This document shows, in pieces, positions 39,542 through 45,866 of a DNA stretch of 51,631 nucleotides (the stretch's first letter is position 1; every line of letters begins with the position of its first letter). The position numbers and the translations under genes were made by a program. This DNA is from a virus (taxonomy: Duplodnaviria > Caudoviricetes). The notes beneath the pieces are model-generated. The model was not told where the DNA came from, ran no database searches, and saw nothing but the letters and a program-made list of their open reading frames with translations. The stretch lies in the IMG/VR virus record IMGVR_UViG_3300030107_001538, positions 1 to 51,631 of that record. One strand, written 5' to 3'.

Positions 39542-39570
39542 ATTTCACATAATTGTCACATATTTGTCAC
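39542..39570 (+). promoter_or_regulatory. Pho-box-like 11-bp-period direct repeat
   Basis: ATTTCAC-ATAA-TTGTCAC-ATAT-TTGTCAC. Confidence 0.5.
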
Positions 39571-39581
39571 ACAATTATTTC

Positions 39582-39722
39582 AAAAGGTACATAAAAAAGG
39601 TACAAAGGTACAGAGTAAAAAAGGTACAAATAACTAACAGGTACAATAATTTAGCTGTACCTTTTTAGTTTTTGCCCTCAATAAATCGCCCGACTTCGCC
39701 CTCAATAAATCGCAAGAAGTCG
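39582..39722. repeat. Iteron-like cluster: five AGGTACA copies, one inverted copy and a 16-bp direct repeat
   Basis: aggtaca x5 in 39585-39645, tgtacct at ~39656; gccctcaataaatcgc at 39674 and 39698. Confidence 0.75.
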
Positions 39723-39786
39723 CTTTCCCAAAAGATTTATAATTACATTAAATCCTTACTAATAGTCTGGGTGGTCTACCACGACA

Positions 39787-39825
39787 TAAAAAAAACTCTA
39801 GAGAGCTTTTACACTCTCTAGAGTT
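39787..39825 (-). terminator. Intrinsic terminator after the two outermost early genes
   Basis: Perfect 12-bp stem aactctagagag/ctctctagagtt followed by a U-run on -. Confidence 0.85.
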
Positions 39826-39843
39826 CAGGAAAGTTAGGAGAGA

Positions 39844-40215
39844 TTAACTTTCACTAGATGGTTTAACATAAGAATTTTTACTCTTGAGAAAAGAGTTAAT
39901 AAAAGTCTTGTTAAACTTTCCTGAGATTGCATCTGAAATAAGTTTAGATACTTCATTCTTCATATACTTTTTACCATTTTGCGGTATGAAAGTATCAAAG
40001 AGATGCAATGTCCAAGTACCAGATAGCCCACCAAATCGTTTACGAAAGTTTAGATAATCATTTTCAATATCTAGATTATCATGTTTATCGGTAACCGATT
40101 TCAGCAATGCATCTCTATATAAACTCATTAGATAGTTGCATTGATTAACAGTCGCTGGACTATTAGCTTTTTCGATTATACTCTCATGAGTATTTTTTGT
40201 AGTTGCTTGGGTCAT
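39844..40215 (-). CDS. Hypothetical early protein (in the left arm of the fold-back)
   Basis: 123 aa, SD AGGAGG; PATVNQ..Y motif. Confidence 0.65.
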   Translation of the reverse strand: MTQATTKNTHESIIEKANSPATVNQCNYLMSLYRDALLKSVTDKHDNLDIENDYLNFRKRFGGLSGTWTLHLFDTFIPQNGKKYMKNEVSKLISDAISGKFNKTFINSFLKSKNSYVKPSSES

Positions 40216-40815
40216 AATATGCCTCCTAGACAGATTTATTTAAATTTATAATGTACATTTCCAAGCGGGAATACACATCATCCTTTTTTCCAGAATACTT
40301 GAAACCAAGTATCCTAAAACCTTTTGCAATATATTGTTTAGCAACTTCTAGAGCTGTAGAGACATTAGTTGTTCTAACAGTATCTTGATTGCTAAATGTT
40401 ATATCTATTATCATAATCTACCTCCTTTGATAATACTATGAGGTTACCATCGGACTTTATGCATACAAGGGTTGCTTTAGCAACTTGCGAAGCCCTTGTA
40501 GGTAAATAAAGGACTATGGTGCTCTCTTATAGTATTCAAAGGAGTAAGTAGATATGGGAATAGCATATACTAGATTTAGCAATACTGTTAGAACACTTCT
40601 TGAAAGCTCTAAGAAATTGCTAAACTTGCAGAGGTACTTGGTAAGTATTCTGAAGTGATGTGTATAGTTGGGAATAAACTAGGAGGAGACCCAAGCACTA
40701 CAAAGTTGAGATATATAGTTAGGGCTAGGGTGGTCTAATTATTTGGTAGCAAGTTTAGACTTGAAAATCCTTTAAACTTTGTAAACTAGATAACTGGCTA
40801 CTAGAACTTGCCAAG
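40010..40815 (+). repeat. Long imperfect inverted repeat (fold-back) centred at ~40482
   Basis: More than 12 nested complementary blocks, e.g. 40371-40383/40582-40594, 40291-40300/40643-40652, 40271-40280/40656-40665, 40196-40213/40688-40704. Confidence 0.85.
40226..40414 (-). CDS. Hypothetical early protein (in the left arm of the fold-back)
   Basis: 62 aa, SD AAGGAGG. Confidence 0.6.
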   Translation of the reverse strand: MIIDITFSNQDTVRTTNVSTALEVAKQYIAKGFRILGFKYSGKKDDVYSRLEMYIINLNKSV

Positions 40816-41113
40816 TCTTGGGTGTGTTTTGTAGAAAAGGTACAGCTCTTGCAAGTCTGAGAAGTCTGCAGAGTTCTGCTGAGAGCTGTTTAGACTTGGC
40901 AGTTCTAGGGGGAGGCAGGAGACCACCCCACCCCACCTATATATCTATAGCATACTCATACAAAATTACAGAAACCGGGCATTAACCAGTTAGGCTTATC
41001 TGGTTTACAAATAAACCCCGAACCCGATGGATTCTTTTAACTTACTTGGGAGTTTTTGGGAGGGTTGGTTTGGGCTACATCTACTATGGTAGACCCGGGG
41101 GGGCACTAAAGTT

Positions 41114-41142
41114 ATTATAGCTTCTAAATTCTATTTTGTCAA
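41114..41142 (-). promoter_or_regulatory. Perfect consensus sigma70 promoter (leftward)
   Basis: TTGACA (41142-41137)-17 nt-TATAAT (41119-41114). Confidence 0.85.
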
Positions 41143-41147
41143 GAGGG

Positions 41148-41176
41148 TTGACAAGTTTATTTTTCGACTGTATACT
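41148..41176 (+). promoter_or_regulatory. Sigma70 promoter (rightward), likely giving leaderless terS mRNA
   Basis: TTGACA-17 nt-TATACT; ATG follows 7 nt later with no SD. Confidence 0.8.
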
Positions 41177-41183
41177 AAGTAAC

Positions 41184-41618
41184 ATGGCAATACTTCCGAG
41201 TGTAACAAACGATAACAAAAGACAATTAACCGAAAAGCAGCAATCTTTTTTGAACCACCTAGTTGAAACCCAAGGAGATGCTAAAAAGGCTGCTGAGTTA
41301 GCTGGATATACCAGTCATTATCATCATGTGGTAAAGACTTTAAAGAATGAAATCCTTGAATTAACTCAAGAGGTCTTGGCAAACTCTGCACCCAAAGCAG
41401 CTTTTAAGTTAGTTGAGATTATGGAGTCTAATCGACCTATAGTTCAAGCTAACAATAAGTTGGCTGCAGCTCAAACTCTCTTAGATAGAGTAGGAGTAAG
41501 CAAAGTAGATAAGCTAGATGTAAATCATAACGTGAGCAATGGTATCTTTTTAATGCCCGATAAAGCTCCAATTAATTTAGACAAGGAAGATTATGAAGAT
41601 ATTTCTGACGGAAATTGA
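41184..41618 (+). CDS. Terminase small subunit (putative)
   Basis: LTEKQQSFL..GDAKKAAELAGY HTH; AAQTLLDRVG; start revised from TTG 41136 to ATG 41184. Confidence 0.7.
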   Translation: MAILPSVTNDNKRQLTEKQQSFLNHLVETQGDAKKAAELAGYTSHYHHVVKTLKNEILELTQEVLANSAPKAAFKLVEIMESNRPIVQANNKLAAAQTLLDRVGVSKVDKLDVNHNVSNGIFLMPDKAPINLDKEDYEDISDGN

Positions 41619-41793
41619 AAAAGAAGGTAGAAGATATGCAGGTCCTAATATACTTGCCGAGACTTGGGAGTTAGCTCAAGAGGCTGCTCAGTTTAATAAT
41701 TTGATATTAGTTGGCGAATTTGTGGAAATAATTGCAGATGGCGATTCAATGCACTATTTAGAAAAGCATACAAAACCAAAGACTTTACATTAA
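41593..41793 (+). CDS. Hypothetical protein
   Basis: 66 aa, YAGPNI motif. Confidence 0.55.
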   Translation: MKIFLTEIEKEGRRYAGPNILAETWELAQEAAQFNNLILVGEFVEIIADGDSMHYLEKHTKPKTLH

Positions 41794-42242
41794 TGGCATA
41801 TTCTAGACAAGTAGTAGATAGGTTTGAAAGTGTTTTAAATAACCCGGACAAACATGCAGTCGGTAGGTTTGACCCTAACGACCCTAATGTGGCTACCGGT
41901 TTAACCGGAGCACCTGCTTGTGGCGATGTTATGAAGTTGCAATTAAAGTTAGCTGGTGATATTATCGAAGATGTAAAGTTTAAAACTTATGGTTGTGGTT
42001 CGGCAATAGCTTCTAGCACTATGTTTGTTGATATGTTAAAAGGTAAAACTATTACCGAAGCTAAACAAATAAAAGATGCAGATATAGCTAAAGCTCTAGA
42101 TTTACCTCCAATAAAACTACACTGTAGTGTTTTAGCCGAAGAAAGTATTACCAAAGCAATAGCAAATTGGGAAGCAAAAGTAAAACATAGACAACATAAT
42201 CAATATGGCAGCAAAGAAGAAAAAGAAAAGTACAGTAAATAA
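41793..42242 (+). CDS. iscU: Fe-S cluster scaffold IscU/NifU-N (auxiliary metabolic gene)
   Basis: GAPACGDVMKLQ, FKTYGCGSAIASS, LPPIKLHCS; all three Cys and the chaperone-binding LPPVK-like motif present. Confidence 0.93.
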   Translation: MAYSRQVVDRFESVLNNPDKHAVGRFDPNDPNVATGLTGAPACGDVMKLQLKLAGDIIEDVKFKTYGCGSAIASSTMFVDMLKGKTITEAKQIKDADIAKALDLPPIKLHCSVLAEESITKAIANWEAKVKHRQHNQYGSKEEKEKYSK

Positions 42243-42393
42243 AGCTGGTAACTATACTAAACCTACCATGCGAAAAAATCTTTTTAATAAGATTAAAGCT
42301 GGTAGCAAAGGTGGAAAGCCGGGTCAATGGTCAGCTCGTAAGGCTCAAATGTTAGCTAAACAATACAAAGCTAGAGGTGGCGGTTATAAGTAA
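42205..42393 (+). CDS. Small basic protein (DUF5872-like N-terminal part)
   Basis: GGKPGQWSARKAQ..Y...GGGY. Confidence 0.6.
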   Translation: MAAKKKKKSTVNKAGNYTKPTMRKNLFNKIKAGSKGGKPGQWSARKAQMLAKQYKARGGGYK

Positions 42394-42402
42394 TTATAAA
42401 TC

Positions 42403-42582
42403 ATGACAGATTTTATTTTACTAACAACTCTAGCTCTCTGTATTGTTGCCATGATAGGTGAAAATTCAAACCCTAGAGGTATGAATATTTTTTGGTATAA
42501 AGTTAATGTTAAAAGAAGAGCTTACTGGAAAGCTTTAACAGAATACGATTCTGGTAATAACAAAGGTAACGGACCAAGATAA
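42403..42582 (+). CDS. 59-aa membrane-anchored protein (not in ORF track)
   Basis: MTDFILLTTLALCIVAMIG...; fills the gap between neighbours. Confidence 0.55.
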   Translation: MTDFILLTTLALCIVAMIGENSNPRGMNIFWYKVNVKRRAYWKALTEYDSGNNKGNGPR

Positions 42583-42583
42583 A

Positions 42584-42883
42584 ATGGCTGACCCTAAAAA
42601 AGGTACAGGTAAAAAACCAAAAGGTTCAGGCAGACGTTTATATACTGACGAGAATCCTAGAGATACTGTTAGTATTAAATATAAAACACCAGCAGATGCT
42701 CGAGCAACTGTAGCAAAAATAAAAAGAATTAAAAAACCTTTTGCTCGTAAGATACAAATCTTAACAGTTTTAGAACAACGTGCTAAAGTAGCTGGTAAAA
42801 ATGAACAAGCTAGAATAGCTAAAAAAGGTAAAGAAGCAATTAGAAAAAAACATGGCACTCAAAAAAAGTCAAAGAAGTCTTAG
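42584..42883 (+). CDS. Small basic protein
   Basis: GRRLYTDENP..TV, K/R-rich. Confidence 0.65.
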   Translation: MADPKKGTGKKPKGSGRRLYTDENPRDTVSIKYKTPADARATVAKIKRIKKPFARKIQILTVLEQRAKVAGKNEQARIAKKGKEAIRKKHGTQKKSKKS

Positions 42884-43106
42884 AAAATGGACTAAACAAA
42901 AATGGCGAACTCCTAGCGGTAAAAAGTCTTCGGAGACTGGTGAGGTTTATGCTCCCGAAGCTAAAATTAAAAAACTTAAATCAACTGCTAAAGGTCGTAG
43001 TAAACTTGCAGCAGCAAATAAAAAGAAACGAGAAGCTACAGCTCAAGGTAAACAACATGCTCAACATGGTTTACATCGTAAAAAGAAAAAGAAAAAGAAG
43101 AAGTAA
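42852..43106 (+). CDS. Small basic protein (DUF5872-like C-terminal part)
   Basis: SQRSLRKWTKQKWRT, poly-K tail. Confidence 0.6.
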   Translation: MALKKSQRSLRKWTKQKWRTPSGKKSSETGEVYAPEAKIKKLKSTAKGRSKLAAANKKKREATAQGKQHAQHGLHRKKKKKKKK

Positions 43107-43399
43107 TGGCACACGAAAATAGAAAAAAAGCTTTACTTAAAAAGCATGGTTTAAAAGGAGTAAATAAACCTAAACGTACTCCCGGACATAAAACTAAATC
43201 ACATATGGTGTTGGCTCAAGATGGACATAATTTAAAGTTAATTCGTTTTGGTCAACAAGGAGTTCGAGGAGCAGGTAAAAATCCAAAGACTGCTAAAGAC
43301 AAAGCTCGTAAAAAAAGTTATTATGCAAGACATAATGCTCAAGATGCTAAGCCTAGTAAAATGAGTGCTAGGTATTGGTCACATAAAGTAAAATGGTAA
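43106..43399 (+). CDS. Small basic protein
   Basis: KLIRFGQQG..RKKSYYARH..SARYWS. Confidence 0.65.
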   Translation: MAHENRKKALLKKHGLKGVNKPKRTPGHKTKSHMVLAQDGHNLKLIRFGQQGVRGAGKNPKTAKDKARKKSYYARHNAQDAKPSKMSARYWSHKVKW

Positions 43400-43402
43400 A
43401 AT

Positions 43403-43498
43403 ATGGCTCAACCACTACAGAATCAACCACAACTGCTAACCGCAGAAGAATTGAAAGAATTGATTAGACAACAATCATTAGCTTGTCATAATCAGTAA
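43403..43498 (+). CDS. 31-aa peptide (not in ORF track)
   Basis: MAQPLQNQPQLLTAEELKELIRQQSLACHNQ; ends immediately before the riboswitch. Confidence 0.4.
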   Translation: MAQPLQNQPQLLTAEELKELIRQQSLACHNQ

Positions 43499-43611
43499 AT
43501 CGTTCAGCTCGTAAGAGCCGGAAGTAGATTAGAAAAGAAAACCTCCCTAGTAATAGGGGTAAGCTAAGTACTAGCAATAGGAACAGAGACCGACATCTAT
43601 CGAAGGAACGC
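43499..43611 (+). ncRNA. glnA-motif (class I glutamine riboswitch)-like RNA with expanded P3
   Basis: ATCGTTCA, P2 GCTC-GTAA-GAGC, CGGAAGTAG, closing CGAAGGAACGC; P1 CGTTC/GAACG. Confidence 0.8.
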
Positions 43612-43663
43612 AATGGGTGATGTACGAAAGTACATTTAATTTAATTGCAAACTGGAGATTAAT

Positions 43664-43780
43664 ATGTATTGCTATAGAGGTATTAGATATAATGCAAAAG
43701 ACCTTAAGAAGCAAGTCAAGAAATCTAAGAAAAGTGACACTGTTACTTATCGTGGAATAACTGGCAAACTTGCTGCTTAA
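43664..43780 (+). CDS. 38-aa twin-YRG peptide (DUF4278 / IF17-like), not in ORF track
   Basis: SD GGAG at 43654; MYCYRGIRYNAKDLKKQVKKSKKSDTVTYRGITGKLAA. Confidence 0.75.
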   Translation: MYCYRGIRYNAKDLKKQVKKSKKSDTVTYRGITGKLAA

Positions 43781-43820
43781 ACAAATTTCCTGAGTAAGAA
43801 GTTAAACTGCTCAATTTATT

Positions 43821-43973
43821 ATGCCACATGCAGGAACATTTAAAGTAAAATCAGCTCAAGTTCGTAATCGCATGGCTCGTAACAAAGCCAGAGCAAAAGC
43901 GAAAGGAGTTAGTGAACAACAATTTGCTGATAATTGGGATAAAGTTTTTGGTAAAAAAGATACAAAAAAATAA
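43821..43973 (+). CDS. 50-aa basic peptide (not in ORF track)
   Basis: MPHAGTF...FADNWDKVFGKK. Confidence 0.55.
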   Translation: MPHAGTFKVKSAQVRNRMARNKARAKAKGVSEQQFADNWDKVFGKKDTKK

Positions 43974-43975
43974 TT

Positions 43976-44248
43976 ATGAAGATGTTACCTGATGGTTATC
44001 GTAGACGTTCTTCGTCAACTATTCCTTTTGGTTACGAAGAAGATGAGTTAGTTGAAGGTTATTTAAAACCTATTGAACATGAATTAGATATTTTACGAGA
44101 AGTATCAGAAGCTATTTTTCATAAAGAAATTAGTTTAGGTATTGGAGTAGATTGGTTAGAAGCTGAAACTGGGAAAAAAATATCAAGACCGGGATTAAAA
44201 AAACACGTAGATAAAGTATATGGAAGATTGGGAAAAAAATCCACATAA
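43976..44248 (+). CDS. Hypothetical DNA-binding protein (recombinase-domain-like fragment)
   Basis: STIPFGY..L.PIE.E...SL....WL...G..ISRPGL. Confidence 0.5.
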   Translation: MKMLPDGYRRRSSSTIPFGYEEDELVEGYLKPIEHELDILREVSEAIFHKEISLGIGVDWLEAETGKKISRPGLKKHVDKVYGRLGKKST

Positions 44249-45866
44249 GTACTTGACAAACTCTCAAGGAGAGTATATACTAAACAAAGATGGTACACCT
44301 CGTAAAAAAGGTGGTAGACCTAAAAATTCTGAATTATCTGATATTCAATTAGCTTTAAGAGCTAAAAAGAAATTAGATAAAAAGAATAATAAAGTAAAAA
44401 AACTAACAAGAAGTTTAGCTAAAGTACAAAAAGAAGCTAAAGCAGAAGAAAAAGCTTTAACTTCAAATGTTCTAACTCAAGAAGACACTAAAGTTCTTCC
44501 AGATGAAATACAAGAACATTTAGATACAACTGGGTCTCATGTGGCATTTATGCCTAATGAAGGACCACAGACAGATTTTTTAGCTGCATCAGAAAAAGAT
44601 GTTCTTTATGGAGGTGCAGCCGGTGGAGGAAAAAGCTTTGCAATGCTTATCGACCCACTAAGGTATTGTCATAAGTCAGCTCATCGAGCTTTAATACTTA
44701 GAAGGTCAATGCCAGAGCTTAGAGAACTTATAGATAAATCTAGGGAATTGTATCCAAAAGCTTTTCCCGGAGCTAAGTTTAAAGAAGTAGAAAAGTTATG
44801 GAGCTTTCCTTCTGGAGCTAAAATAGAATTTGGATTTTTGGAACGAGATGCAGATGTGTATCGTTATCAAGGACAAGCCTATAGTTGGATTGGTTTTGAT
44901 GAAATAACACATTTACCAACAGAGTTTGGTTGGAACTATCTAGCATCTAGGTTAAGAACAACTGACCCAGAGCTACCAACGTATTTACGTTGTACAGCTA
45001 ACCCGGGAGGGGTAGGTGCTCAATGGGTTAAAAAAAGATACGTTGAACCTGATGAACATAATAAAAGTTTTATTGGTCATGATGGTTTAACTAGGAAGTT
45101 TATCCCAGCTCGATTGCAGGATAATCCTTTCCTAGCCGAAGACGGTGAGTATGAACGAATGTTACTTTCGTTACCTGCTGTACAAAGAAAGCAGTTATTA
45201 GAAGGTAATTGGGATATTAGTGAAGGTGCTGCTTTTGCTGAGTTTGACCCAAGTATGCATGTAATTACTCCTTTTGAAATACCGACTTGGTGGGAAAGAA
45301 TAAAAGCAGTAGACTATGGATATGCTTCAGAGAGTTGTTGCCTTTGGGCTGCAGTAGACCCTGAAGATAAGACCATCATTATATATAGAGAATTATACGA
45401 AAAAGGTCTTACAGGGGAAGCTCTAGGTAACAAGATGACAGATTTAGAAAGTAGTGAAGTTAAGTCAATAACAGGTGTATTAGATACTGCTGCTTGGTCA
45501 AGGACAGGTTATACTGGTCCTACTATTGGTGAAACCTTAATTAAACAAGGTCACAAATTAAGACGAGCTGATAAGAATCGAATAGCAGGTAAGATTCAAA
45601 TACATGAACATTTGCGACAAGACAGGAATACCGGCAGACCTAGATTGCAAATATTAAGTACATGTACGAATTTAATAAAAGAATTACAAAGTTTGCCTTT
45701 ATCACGTTCTAATTCTGAGGATGTAGATACACATTCGGCTGACCATGCATATGATGCTTTACGTTATATGATTATGAGTAGACCAAAAATGGACCATCCT
45801 TATGATAGAATGTTGAAAATTAAAACAGATATATATGAGCCATCAGATGGCACATTTGGATACTAA
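44220..45866 (+). CDS. Terminase large subunit
   Basis: PNEGPQ, Walker A YGGAAGGGKS, Walker B IGFDE, TANPGG, AVDYGY, DHAYDALRY. Confidence 0.92.
   Translation: MEDWEKNPHKYLTNSQGEYILNKDGTPRKKGGRPKNSELSDIQLALRAKKKLDKKNNKVKKLTRSLAKVQKEAKAEEKALTSNVLTQEDTKVLPDEIQEHLDTTGSHVAFMPNEGPQTDFLAASEKDVLYGGAAGGGKSFAMLIDPLRYCHKSAHRALILRRSMPELRELIDKSRELYPKAFPGAKFKEVEKLWSFPSGAKIEFGFLERDADVYRYQGQAYSWIGFDEITHLPTEFGWNYLASRLRTTDPELPTYLRCTANPGGVGAQWVKKRYVEPDEHNKSFIGHDGLTRKFIPARLQDNPFLAEDGEYERMLLSLPAVQRKQLLEGNWDISEGAAFAEFDPSMHVITPFEIPTWWERIKAVDYGYASESCCLWAAVDPEDKTIIIYRELYEKGLTGEALGNKMTDLESSEVKSITGVLDTAAWSRTGYTGPTIGETLIKQGHKLRRADKNRIAGKIQIHEHLRQDRNTGRPRLQILSTCTNLIKELQSLPLSRSNSEDVDTHSADHAYDALRYMIMSRPKMDHPYDRMLKIKTDIYEPSDGTFGY
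44253..44281 (+). promoter_or_regulatory. Internal sigma70-type promoter inside the terL 5' end
   Basis: TTGACA-17 nt-TATACT, same hexamers as the terS promoter. Confidence 0.55.

Noticed and set aside
40554-40658. 34-aa + strand ORF with SD in the right arm (MGIAYTRFSNTVRT...)
   Set aside because: It mirrors the 40226-40414 gene (FSN..TVRT) and is explained by the inverted repeat; there is no independent evidence of expression, though it is not excluded.
41136-41183. TTG start for terS given by the ORF track
   Set aside because: It lies within the promoter elements; ATG 41184 fits the predicted TSS.
43976-44248. Integrase / serine recombinase indicating lysogeny
   Set aside because: Only 90 aa resembling a DNA-binding fragment; no catalytic domain, repressor or att site seen.
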